DNA of 64,000 nucleotides from Kondoa subrosea (taxonomy: Eukaryota): NCBI GenBank assembly GCA_039545335.1, contig BCIN01000004.1, forward strand, positions 796,925-860,924, in the 5' to 3' direction. This document shows, piece by piece, positions 39,367-52,286 of this stretch. The notes below the pieces were generated by a model. It was not told the origin of the DNA, ran no database searches, and saw only the letters and a program-made list of their open reading frames with translations. Position numbers and translations under genes: made by a program. How positions within the stretch are numbered: the first letter of the stretch is position 1; each line of letters starts with the position of its first letter.

Positions 39367-42139
39367 ATGGTTCTGACAGTATCAAAAGTAGCTGTTTCCA
39401 CTACACCAGTAGTCTTATCAAGATTCTTTGTACATTTCGTACTGCATAAGCGAAAGAAGAAGGGCACAGCTCAAGGGCAGCAACTTTCTTATGATGAAGG
39501 TCTAGCAATCATCAGGCAGTTCTTGGTCGTTGCTAGCTCCCATACAATCGAAGATCTACAAGAGTATGTTTTGGTTTCTATCCCTGGATGCGCTCATGTA
39601 GCTGATGTTATTCGTAAGATTCACTCAGAACAAGGTCAGCTTCATTTGCGTGCCATCCATGTACAGAAGGATTTAGCTGATAAGCAATGAGATAGGTTCC
39701 TACACCTACTTGGGTCAAGACAGAAACTGTCATTATACCACAGAGAACAATAGATGAAGCTACCAAGATCTTGAACCACCACTTAGCGATCGATAATGTT
39801 ACTGAAGAAGTAGGCGGATCAAGATGGTGGACTGTTCGAGGAGCTCCTTTGAAATCTGAGTTTATTGAGATGGCAAAAGATCGTCTAGTCAGACAGAAAC
39901 GAGCGGAAGAAGCGAGAGCTGCTGGAAAAGAACCTGAACCTGATCGAGTGCTGTTATACATTCATGGTTTGTCTCTATCTTTGTAAACCCAAAACTGTGT
40001 CCAACTCAGTCTTGCATTAGGCGGAGCATAGTCAGTCCCTTCCCTACAAGTCTCGCTCTTGTACTCAGTAAGCTTGCAGCTTCTTCTCTTCGATCGAAAC
40101 GCATCGTCAGTTGCTCTAATACTTCCACTGTGATTTGGCCTAAGTACTTCAATATACAGGCTATCAAGTCCAGCGGCATGCGAGAAAATTCAATGCTCGA
40201 GCATTCGCGCCATCCTATCGGCTCGCACCTCGTATGTTGACCGGAAAAGGGCTGTGAGCTTCACTGAATGAATTCATTTTTTCCTATTAACAGAATATCC
40301 TTTCCCTTGCGGTTTGGCAGATACTTTGGCTAGCTATCTTTACTTGATCAAACCACCCAAAGGACGAGAAGCCATTCGACCTGATCGGATTGTCATTTCT
40401 GGCGATTCTGCAGGAGCTGGAATGGCTTTGTCCTTGATGGTCATTCTCCGGGACGCCAATCTACCGTTACCTGCTGCTGGTTGTCTCATGTCCGTCCATT
40501 CTTTCCACATTAAATGCTGTTGAGCTAATCATGATGTGACAGATCTCCTTGGGTCGATCTTTCGCATAGTTTCCCTTCTGTTGTGGGAGATAGTACGGCA
40601 GATTATATACCAGATGATGGGTTTCATGCTAGACCGAGCAATTCTTGGCCACCCATTAAAGGAGATGGTATTACTTTGGAGATAGATGGAGCAGAGATCC
40701 AGCTAGATGATCAAGTTCAGATGTATTGCAAGTAAGTAGCGTTGCTGGAGAAGGAAAAGTGATGTCTCATCCGTGAGAGTAGCAATAAGCTTATGTCGCA
40801 TCCTCTTGTATCACCTATCAATCAAGGCTCTCTAGGTGGTCTACCTCCTCTGATGGTCGTAAGTAAGATATATCAGCCGTCAAGAACCTTTGCCTGATAC
40901 ATGCGCGCAGATGGGCGGATCAGCGGAAGTCCTGCGCGATGAACAGATGTATCTCGCTCACAAAGTCAGTCTATCTTCTCTTGAGCCTGATTTTAATCTC
41001 ATCGAATCGTTGCAGGCCGCTGACCCTCAACGTTACCCACCTTCGGAAGAGATCTTGAATCGCTATCCTGCACAAAGGGCCAACCTGAACAAATATCCAC
41101 CTACAAAAGTGTAAGCTCCACATCGGGGAAACTGCTAGTAATTTGGCTTATTCTTTGACAGACACTTGCAAATGTTCGATTCCTGTTGTCATGTTGCACC
41201 TACTTTGGCTTTCACCAGACCTGCCAAATGTGAGCTTTGCGAAGCTTCTGTATAGTTTATGAGCTGACACATAGCCCAGACATGTACCGAGCTGCAGCCA
41301 GCTTCAACTTATGGGCAATCAAAGCTGCTGAAAAGCGAGCTGATCGGAAAGGACATTCTCATCAAAGACACTCTTTACATCACACTTCTTCTCGATCTTC
41401 TTTGGTATCTACTCTCAATGGAGCACTCAGCGAAGCCGATATTAAAGCAGCCAACGAAGATCCGTTACCTGAAGAAGAGCACTTTGATTCAGAATCCGAA
41501 TGTTCATCAGACGATTCTTCAGCTGACGAATCTACTAAAAATTTCAACGGACCTTCCAGCAGTCATTACAAAAGATCTATCAACCCAAACGTGGTTACCG
41601 TATCTGGCATTGAACCTGAATTCATCAATTCCATTATCAGAGAACGGGTTTCTGTAAACGGTAGAATCAGAGCAATGGAACCCGAGAGTGATATTGAAGC
41701 TCTCAATATGCCTGTGGAACGAATAGGGATTATAAGTCAAAGAGGACCAGCTAAAAAATGGTTAGCCAAAAGAGCGGAATGGGACAAGAAGTACGCGAAA
41801 GAGTTGAACGAGTTGAGGTTTAACAAAGAAGAGGATAGGAAGTTGGCTGAGAAGGAAGGATTCTTGACGAGGGATTTGTTTGGTGAAAGACCTCCTTTGA
41901 CAGCTATGGCTGGTTGGTGCGTCGAATCTCATGAAGATCTTGGTCTTCAGTACTGATGACTCCCTTGGTACAGGCATAACGCGTACAAAGCCAAATTGTG
42001 CTGTGCTCCTCAAGATGGTGAACAAGACAAAGCTTCTTCTGCCATGTCAATGTGGATGAAGGCCTCTAGCAAAGATGATGAACAGCAAGCCGGGGACAAG
42101 CAAGTTGAAGCTATGGCCGAGAAATTGAACAAGGTCTGA
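39367..42139 (+). CDS. HSL-family alpha/beta hydrolase (Abhydrolase_3)
   Basis: LYIHGGAY (across a microexon), [38 protein letters not shown]. Confidence 0.92.
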
Positions 42140-42448
42140 ATGAGAGAACCGGAAGTGAGTCAACCTTTCGCAGCAGTTGTGCAAGGCAGAAGATCTGCGA
42201 TCGAATTCGAAATGGAATATAGAAAGTATACTGTCGTTTATATAGAGATCTGAACATATTAGATGTGTGCATTCATTCATGAGCTATTCTCCTGTTGTGC
42301 TAAGGTGGCTGAAGGCGTCCCTTTACTCGGATTCCGCTCCTTGCTCTTGTTCTTGGACTATCACTCAACTTACGCAATTTCATTCTCGAACACAGCTTGT
42401 ACTCGTTCATATCTGCATCCATACATATCCCATACTACACGTCTGATC

Positions 42449-43876
42449 ATGGCTCGCAAGACCAAGCAAGCTCGAATCAACGCGAGATTGAGATTTAAAG
42501 GAGGTCGAGCCTACAAGAAACTTCGTGAGTCTGCTAGAAGTGCTCTCAGAAGGTTGCATAGCTCATATAGCGTGCATTCGTAGCCATTGAGGTTATCTTC
42601 GAGATAGCCAAACACGTCGCCCAGTTCAAAGGGGAAAACAAAGATGACAAGACTCTAGCTAGTTTGAGTCAAGTGTCCAGGGACTGGAGGGCTGCTTGTA
42701 TGCCTCATCGTTTCAGAGTAAGCTCTCTTCTTGCGCTCACAATCTCGCGATCAGCGCTGACTCAACCTAACACAGGCCGTGAATGCAGTCTCGCGTCATA
42801 ATGTGTTGCTGGCTTCCTTTGCAAAGATGGTCATGGAAACTGAGAAGCTGCCTCTCTACATCAAAGACTTTACAGTCTGCTTGGTTCGCAATCCTCCTCC
42901 GCGAAAGAGAGATTCCAAGCGTAACAGGCGAACCAATGTCAATCGAGCCAAAGCAATCACCGGCATTCTTTCCCGCGCCATCAACTTACAAAGTCTCACT
43001 ACCACTCTCAGAGGAAGATGTGTTGGTAATTTGGTCGATACTATCATTGCCTTCAATGCCGATACTTTGACAAGATTGGATGTTTGCACTTGGGATGGCA
43101 ACTTCTTCTTTGAAGCCGACTTCAACCCTCGAGAAGCTGCTCGACTCATTTCTGAGCTCGATAACCTGGAAGAATTGCGTTGGCCAACTGCCAAAGAACC
43201 TGAAAAGGGTGAATTCATTGTTCTCAAGGCCATTTTTACTCGACCCAAATTGAAGATTCTTTATATCAACAAACCTGTTTTCATCGATCAAGCAGCTCTA
43301 AACGTCTTGATCAACTATGAAAACAACCCCAATCATTTCCCAATCGGATTCGCTAAAACCCTGGAAGTTTTGCGATTTCAAGAATGGGAGCAAGTTTGCA
43401 ACTTACCCAACATCACTCCTTTCCTCAACTTATTCACCAACCTCAATGAATTGCATTTAGAAGGATTACCAAAAGCTAAAGCTCGAGCACCCGATCCATA
43501 CTGGAAATTTGACAAACCGCCCGTCTTCGATTTACCTAAAGTCGATCACTTGTACCTTTCTGATTTGGGCAAAAAGACTTGGAAACCTTTGCACACGCTT
43601 CTGAAAGAATTGGAAGGTTTAGAACCTAGTCATTTGTCGATTGAATATTGGTTACCTATGACTACTGAAGCTTTGGAACAATGTTTTATTCAACGAGAGG
43701 GAATCTTCAAGAATGTCAACAAACTTACTTTACCACCTTTCCCTCAGGAATGCCACTGGAAAGATGAGAGGTTGAATGAAGTGGAAGAGATTTGCAAGAA
43801 CCATAATGTGGTTTTCGATTACATGTGGCCTACAGAAGAGATGAAGAAGAAATTTGAATTGTATGGTTTCATTTGA
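42449..43876 (+). CDS. F-box-like / RNI-like LRR protein
   Basis: LP|IEVIFEIAKH...LASLSQVSRDWR F-box-like motif, then LxxLxL repeats (NLQSLTT, NLEELRW, NLNELHL). Confidence 0.75.
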
Positions 43877-44124
43877 AGTTCGTCTCAAATGTGCTCGAAG
43901 GGAAAGGTCACGGGACGAGAAGAGTGGACTTGAAGATGTTTCTTGGCTATGGACAATCGTTTGCCTGCGTTATTACATTTTGTTTCGTTTAGTGTTCATC
44001 ATTTAGTATTTAGTATATCTGTATCTCTTTATCCGTATAACAGTATTATTCATCTTATAGTCTTTTACATATCCGTCTAGAATACAATCTAATGCATATT
44101 CATAGAGTTCCTCTTCTACTTTCT

Positions 44125-45876
44125 CTAGCTATCTAAACTCAGGAAGCCTCTTAGCGCGCCGCCAACGTTTGGTAAATCGATCAAGACTGGTTTTAGATTT
44201 AATCAGTCTGTGATCTTTGGCTTCTTTCTGTGATAGATAACATAGGCTCACAAGTATCATGTCCATAAGGCGAATCCAGTTCATAATAAGTTACCCTCTT
44301 GTTTCCATTCCGTCTAATAGCTTCAGCCAATTCCTTTTGCTGTTCATATGGGAAAAGCACATCGGATTGAATGCCCAAGATCAGAACGGGATGATTCTTT
44401 AAATTGGCTAAACCTTTTTCCAGACTGGGCAGATAAGCGTGCGAAGAAGGTAGTGTTGAGATATGTTGTTGTTTGTCTTTTGAAGACGGTGAGAGTGGAG
44501 GTAAAGGAGTTGGACATAGTGCAGGGGTAGTTGCGGAAGAAGATCGGGAGATGTCTAATTCGTCTAGAGCCTCGATTTCCATGGAGAAGAGATCCATGGC
44601 TTTAGATATATAAAGCATAGAATTGGCGTCGAATTTGAGGCAGAACTGAAGGGAAATCGTAAGCTGCGATCAGGTTTTTCTGGAGAATATGACTTACTTG
44701 CTCTCCTTGATGATCTAGGTATGTTTCGATCAAGAAATCTGGACAAAGGACAGGAGGCGTATTAGGTGATTGACTATCTTTCCCTGAAGAAGGATTCGCG
44801 AAAGATGCTGAGGGTAGAGTAGGTCTTCTGCGCCTGCCGAATCGTTGCTCCCATTCTGGTCCCGAACGATAGGTAAATGTTGCAATTTCTGTCTGAATCG
44901 TGAGACAGAGCATCGAAGTTTCGCGGCGCACGTACGGCGAGCAAGCTTCATGCCAGTATGCGGCGGTAGACTATCGTAGTAGAAGCCTCGATTCCAGTTC
45001 GGGTCAGCCATGAGCACTGAACAGAGCTTGAGCAATGCCCAAGACGTACTAGCGAGATTATTTACCTGATCGTTGAGCATATCGTAAAGCTATACTTGCG
45101 GGACTGCTTCTTGCGGATCCTGATATGCTGACCACCTTTCCTACTCTCTCCGGCTCTAGATGAGCTGCTGCGATGCTCTGCATGCCACCCATACTGCTAC
45201 CAACACTTGCGTATAGTTTCGTTATGCCCAGCCCATCCAAGAGCTTGAATTGAGCTCTGACCATGTCAAAGATGCTCAGAATTGGGAAACGAGTGCCGTA
45301 GACTTTGCCATCTGTTGGGTCGATGGAAGAAGGACCAGTTGAACCATAACATCCGCCAATAACATTGGTGCAAATGACAAAGAACTTGTCTGTATCTATT
45401 GCTTTGCCTGATCCAATGAATCTTTCCCACCAGCCTTCTGATTTGTTCGCTTCTGTCGAATGCGCGTGAGAGGAAGCTGAGAGACCTGTATGCAGTAATA
45501 TGGCATTGGACTTGTCTGCGTTCAGTTTGCCCCAAGTTTCGTAGGCGATATCGAACTCGGGTAAGACGCCTCCGTAATCAAGTTGAAAAGGTTCAGAATG
45601 ATGAAAGAGGGAAAAGCCAGAATTGACATTGGCATAAGCTGGTTCTGGTCCGTTCTGATCGATAGCTGCAGTAGCTGAGGTCGAAGCCACAGGCGCATTC
45701 GATAGACCATCTCGTTCTCGAAGCAGTCGCTCCTCTCTGTTTGCATGTTGATCCAAGCAAGGGAAACTCAATGCAGCATTGCTGCCACCCGTCAAAGGTG
45801 CTGAACGAGGGTATGAAGTAGCATGGTATGACCTTTGAGCTGCTCTGAGCACGCGCAAGACTTTCCTAGAGCTCAT
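44125..45876 (-). CDS. MetX-family acyltransferase, Cys2/CysA-type (serine O-acyltransferase-like)
   Basis: Presequence, [48 protein letters not shown]. Confidence 0.88.
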
Positions 45877-46254
45877 GGGCGGGACCAAAGAGCAAAATGC
45901 ACCCTTTGATCAATTCCGCCATCGCTTAGTAAGCAAAATTGGTCAGCTATCTTGGCTTACATTGTGGTAAGAGTTGCCATCTTGCGCGAGGGGACTTGGA
46001 ACATTCCGCTGGCCTGGCCTGCAAAGCAGTAAATTGTCACTTTTCGGAGGTTCTTATAAGCTTTCGGCCTCGTCTGCCTCTATTGTGCTATTGAGTGCTG
46101 CTATAGCCTATTCACGTCATCGCTGGGTTGTCAATTTATACCACATCTGAATCTTTAATGATCATCTTTCCCTTTGTCGCGCAAATTGACTGTTTGCAAA
46201 TGCTCAGTTGCTTTGCTTTCTTCTTATAACATTAATTCCCAGTTCTATTTTGCC

Positions 46255-48001
46255 ATGCTTTCTTTACCTGACTCTCCTTCCTTTCTCACGTTCGCTCACG
46301 GACAATTGGTCAAGAGCTCCTCGCCAAAGCAGGCTTTGGCTGATGGACTGGCTCGATACCTTCTTGCTCCTTTAGGTCTCTCTTCAAAAGTCGCTCTATC
46401 TCATGCTCCTCATCTGGACTCGAACATGCGTAAAATGCTAGACTCTTGCTCTGGACTGAAAGAATACTACACACCGCCCCTACATCTTCTAGGAGGTCAT
46501 CTTCCAACTCTGTACAACGCTCTGTGAGTTTCTTCATCCCTGAAAAGAAAAGATAGTCATCAGAAGCCGAAGCTCATGAGACAAAACCGACAGGGCCAAT
46601 TTTCAAGGCATTGATGAGGCGGTGTACGAACGACAATATATTGGCCTTCCAGATGGGGGTCACTTGAGCTTAGACTTCTCGCCTCCCTTCTCTGTCGCTC
46701 CTCATGACAATCGACCAATTCTCTTCATTTGCCATAGCGTAACTGGAGGTGAGCCGAAGAAGGATCATTCCGATAAGGAGGACTGACGACTCTTTTAGGC
46801 AGTCATGAATCCTGTGTAAGATCTGCAGTTCAGGAAGCGCTTTCGAAAAACTTCCGAGCTGTGGTAATGCATGCAAGAGGCTGTGGAGAAATTTCTCATT
46901 TATCAACCGCTCAGCTGTACAAGTAAGTAATAATATGGATTCAGTGCTATAGAGATATGTCCTGACCATTAAGATAGCGGTTCATATACGGATGATGCTC
47001 GCTGCGCCTTGCTATACCTCAGTCGCTTGTTGCGTAAGTGATGAATCTCTATGTCGTGGAAGAGAGGTCACAGTCATGCGCGCAGCGGATGCACCTGTCT
47101 ATGGTGGTACGTTTACCCAGGGTCATGCTGCTATTCTGAGTTATCAGGATGCCCCGCAGTCGGATTCAGCTTAGGCTCGAACATTATGACCAAGCTCGTT
47201 GGCGAAGATGGCGACGAGACGACCTTGAAAGCAGTTTGCATACTCAGCAACCCTTGGGACTTTCACAAGCTGATCTCCAACTTCGAATCATCGATTCTTG
47301 GACGACTGTACTCACGTCGTATGGCAAGTAATCTGCGTCGAATCGTATTGAAGTATCGACATCACTTCGAAACGGATTGTCGAATCTCTTGGAAGCGCGC
47401 TTGCCAAACATCTAAACAGTCTTTACATGATTTTGACAGAAATTTCACTGCTCGTGTCTGGGGTTATCAATCTGTTGAAGATTACTACACCGCTGCTTCT
47501 AGCGCTTTCGATCTGTCCAAAGTTACTGTTCCGCTACTGGCTTTCCACAGGTGACTGCACTGTATGTCCCTCTTGTATTGTCTAAGATTTATGGTAGCGA
47601 AAGCGATCCCATTACTGCCTATAGTGCAGTTCCCCATGATATCTTTCAGCAGAAGCCCAATCTGGCTCTCGCGACCACAAAGCAGTACGTCTTCTTTTGC
47701 ATCTCTGTGCAATCCGATGCTGATAGAACTGCTCAGTGGTGGCCATATTGGCTGGTTCGCGAATTCGAAGAGAAGATGGGTTTCAAAGCCGGTCCTCGAG
47801 TTCTTGACTGCAGCTCACAAACATAATCCAGCTCCTCGACGTCATCCTTCTGCTTCAGACTTAGACAAAACGCCTTCAGTCGAAGACGATATGGTTGTGG
47901 ATGCCTCCAAGCCGAATGTCGGGTTTAAGCTGTTGTGCGAGAATCATGTTCTGGAACATGAAAGCGCCTCGGCAGATCAACTTATCGGTAAAGGCTCTTA
48001 G
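46255..48001 (+). CDS. ABHD/YheT (Eht1/Eeb1-like) alpha/beta hydrolase, apparently intact paralog
   Basis: Same exon structure as 35211-36960; GFSLG, ESDP and GGHIG in frame. Confidence 0.88.
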
Positions 48002-48132
48002 GAAGAATGTCTTTTCTTAATTTCTCGCAATAGACACCTTTAACCTGACGTGCAATACAACATAGATTCAATTTTCAGCTACACTAATGCAACTCTAGAC
48101 ATCTTGTACAATGCGGTTACTGATCACAAGAA

Positions 48133-50946
48133 TCAGCTTTTCTGCTTCTCTTCGTACTCGCTTGGACCTCTGCCCCAGCGAGTCGCCTGTCGGTAAACCA
48201 TGCCCTGAAAGAATAGTCAGCTCAGATTGACCGCTAGGATTTGTAAAACGTACCCATATATGATCATCCTTGATAGGCTTAGGTGGTTCCAATGTGGCTC
48301 GATCTACATCTTGCAACGGATCTCGCTTTTGTGATCGTTTTCGCACTTGAACAATTTCTTCAGGTTGAGGAGCAGCCACAGCAGCTGGGGCATAGTCTTC
48401 CATACCATGGCTTGAAAAGAATCTCAGTAATTCCTGGCAATAACAAATCTGACAACGCACAAGGCTGGTCTTTCCCAAGTTCTCCATTCATCTTTCAAAG
48501 GTGTATGCACAGCCGTTTCCAAGTATTCGGCTGAAGTCATCTCGTGCAATCGAGAAACAGCTCTTCGGAAAGCGAAGCGTTCATCTTGCCCCGAAAAGAT
48601 AGCCAAGTTCTTGAATGATTGCACAGCAGCAGAAGGATGATTCTCGTCGTCTTTGTCTGCCCTGGCAACATAAGCAGGTTGTTGACGTTCATTGTAGGTT
48701 TCAGTTCGAGGTGCATCGTAACTCGCTACATTGGGTCGATATGGAGCTTCAAGGTCTTGCAAGACTTCAGAAAGTGCTTCAGCTACCAAAGAATCTGGTT
48801 GTTCTTGCTCTTCTTTGGCAGCGGCGGCTTCAGCGATTCTTTGAGCATCTCCCTCATAGATTCGCCTGTGCAATGCAGATCAGCCGACTCTACTCAGAAT
48901 TCATTCGAAAGACTCACGAAGCTGAATATGGATGAGCTCCTCCGCCAAAAGCGCTCATATCTATCGTATCATCCGAAATTTCACGAGTGGCACCAGCAGC
49001 AGCAGCTTTGAAATCACTGTCTTTTGCTTCAGGGAAGAAAGTCATGTCTGGTAGCGCCGAAGCAGAGACGATCAGCTTGGTCTTGGTTTCGTCTATTGAT
49101 CATATTAGCATCGTATAGAAGATACAAGAGGGACAGAATTCACATAATGCATCAATTAGAGTGATGAATCTTCTCGCTTCGTTTTTGAGCGTAATAGGTA
49201 TGACAGGTACATTGTCCAAGATAATGGTATGAAAGTTGCTTGCAATGGTGAGGTAATCTGCAGGACCGAGAGTTGCAGCACAAAGGTCCGCAAAGCTGAA
49301 GCGGGCGATACCATCTGGAGTTTGCCAAGGTATAGGAACTTTGCGACCATAAACTTTCAAGGAGCCGCTTTGACCTGCAGAAATTCGGTCAGCCCTGGTA
49401 CCCAACGAAGTGTGGAGGATCTACTGACCTTCCTTGTTATCTATCAATTCTTTCACGGCTGCTTCGAAATCAGCCGAACCAGATTCAAGGAACCAAGAAG
49501 CGTTGGATTTAGCATGTTCTTTGGCTAAAGCAGATCTTCTTTGCCTTCTCCAATCGACTGGACTCTTGAGCTCCAAAATCGGACACCTCGCTTCGAGAAG
49601 ACCTAGAAAACTGAGGAATTGTTCTCGTTGAATACCTATCAGGAGCATTTAGCGGTCGTTGGAATCTGTATGAAGGGAGCCTGACCATGTTGATAGAGAT
49701 CGTTCGGCACTCTACCATAGATTCGAGTGAACATAATCTCATGTAATCAGCGATCATCTGACCTGTTACTTGTGCCTGCATTTATTTTCAGAGATGGAAG
49801 AGTCGTAGCATAGCTATCTGCTCACCTATTACAACACCTCCGAAACGCCAGTAGTACTCCAAGATGCGTCCTACATTCGATAATCAGCGACGATTACTGA
49901 TTTCACAACACACTTACGCAGTATACTAGCTCCCGCTACATCCCTACATGGACGACAGTCAACTGTGATGAAGATGTATAGCATAGTCTTGTGACATACA
50001 CTAGCTGAACTTCATCGAAAGCCAATAACCATCCTTCGTTCTTGATCAGATCTCTCGCAATACATGCTAGCACTGAAATCGAAATGCGAGTTTTAGCAAG
50101 TAACATTTACTAACCAATATATAAGAAGACTGACCATAATCTTTCTTCAAAGCCGGATCGTCTAAAGCTTTCCCGCCAGCGAAAACGGATAACCAGCCTT
50201 TACTCAGCGCTCTAGCTTTATTTGCATCCGCTCTACTCAAATTCGGATCTGCTAGCGCATCTAAAGATCTTCTCGTGTTTTCCACATGTTGAAAAGTTCT
50301 ATGGTAGAGCGATAACAAGAATTGATCGTAATGTCTTCTAATTTTGAAGGATATAGGTAAAGATTGGAAAAAGAGATCCATCAATAGAGATTTGCCAGTT
50401 CCAGGTGGACCAGTTAACAAGAATCCAGTTGGAGTTTCTAAATTTCGAAGTTCTTCATCTGAACTAAGTACTTTGACTAAAGCTTTATCCCTTTGACGTG
50501 CTGATAAACGAGAAGCTGTGGATTTTGCATCTTTTTGCCAAATTGGTGGATCAGGTGTTTCTGAAACTGAAGAAAGGTCATCCAACATCATTGCTAGACG
50601 CAAAGGTGGTTTATCTGATCCCACCAACACATGTGAGCGACAGAGCCATACATGCGGATACGAAGAGTGAAGACTAACAATCGACTAGAGTTCGATGAAT
50701 CTTACGTAACTGAACCAACATCCTTCGTTGCGATTCATCTGAGGTGATCTTGCCTTGAGAAACAAGAGATTCATAGAGCAACAGGGGGTCTGCACAAGAT
50801 ACATTGAGATCTGAGCAGAGATTGGACAAGTTGGAGGGAGATATACCCGTTACAGTCAATGCGGAGCTTGATGCGATCGAAGCATCGGTAGCATACAAGC
50901 GCGAAGTCCGACGAAGCAGAGGAGAGCAGCGATAGAGCGAAGACAT
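48133..50946 (-). CDS. AFG1/LACE1/ZapE-family ATPase
   Basis: GPPGTGKS Walker A, LLAFDEVQ Walker B, CSNRVPNDL, FSFADLC..LGPADY, ARRFITLIDALYE, FAFRRAVSRLHEM. Confidence 0.92.
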
Positions 50947-51045
50947 CCTAGAAGAAAGCCAGAGTAGATCCAAGTTAGAGCAACGAGGAATTACGAGATT
51001 GACATGGTTGGTGAGCAACAGTCAATCTCCCACAAATCAAACAGC

Positions 51046-52185
51046 ATGGGAGTGCAGGACGGCCTCTTCCTAGGTGCTCTATCTCTATGACACTCGCTCA
51101 TATGAAGAGCTGATCACAGCATATGATGTCCAGATTCTGCTTTGCGAACATGGGTTTTACTACCGATTGTCCTGGTTATGATCCTCGTCGGGTTGCTGCG
51201 ACACTATGTTACTCAACTCATGGATACACCCCCGAAGCCTCAGCCATTGAAAGCAGTTCGAGAGCAGTCAGTTCGAGATTTCGTCTCAGCTATATCACAA
51301 GCTGAGGAAGAACTCTGGTTTGACAGACGTGCATTGACTCGAGGAGCAATACTACGGCTCAATGGACATCATCTACCTAAATCAGTATTCGAAGCTAGAC
51401 GAACAGAATTGATAGCAGGCTACGATAGGTTAGCCGTAATTACATCTTCGCTCGAATGCTGTTACTAAGTTACTATATATAGCGGCAAGTACTTGAAAGA
51501 GCCACCAGCAGCAGATGGGACTGTTTCTGCTCAACCACCAAACCCGATGGATCCAGCAATGATGGATGGTAGGAGTGTTGACTAAGCTGTTTATAACCGT
51601 ACTGATTGCTCTTTTGTAATAGGTATGATGGATGGTGTAAAGAAACAAATGGTTATGTTCGTCCCTCAGACAGTATTGATGGGTTGGATCAATTTTTGTT
51701 CGTTCTTTGTTTCTTCACTTCCTTCTAACCACGCCTTTCTAACATTTAGCTGGTAGTCTTTACTGGATTCATCCTCATTAAGCTACCTTTCCCTCTTACA
51801 CCCAAATTCAAATCTATGCTTCAAGCTAGAATAGAAACTCAAGACATGGATGTTACTTGGGTATCTTCACTTTCGCTCTACTTTTTATGCTTGTTTGGAT
51901 TGAACTCGGTATATCGTTTAATTCTCGGTGAAGAGAACTGTAAGCATTTCATGCGCACGTCATCGGACAAAACTGATGGGCGCGAGAAAAATGGTTACAG
52001 CTGCCGATGGAGCAAATAGCATGGCAGCGATGAATCAAATGGGAGGCAGTATGATGCCAGGTCAACCACCTCAAGATTTCACAAAGTTGTACAAAGCGGA
52101 AAAAGAAAGTCTGCAGTTAGTCAATCATGCTGGCGTGATTGATGATGTGGAAGAAAGGTTCCTCAACTTGTATGGTGCAATTTAG
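51046..52185 (+). CDS. EMC3: ER membrane protein complex subunit 3
   Basis: LRTWVLLPIVLVMILVGLLRHYV, PQTVLMGWINF, KLPFPLTPKFKSMLQ, DMDVTWVSSLSLYFLCLFGL. Confidence 0.95.
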
Positions 52186-52286
52186 ACATGCGAATTTCCT
52201 CTGGATAAACGAGTGATTAATGCTATATTTACAACAAGATAATCACAGATTCTATTGTTACACTTGATGTTACATTGCGCTTTCAT

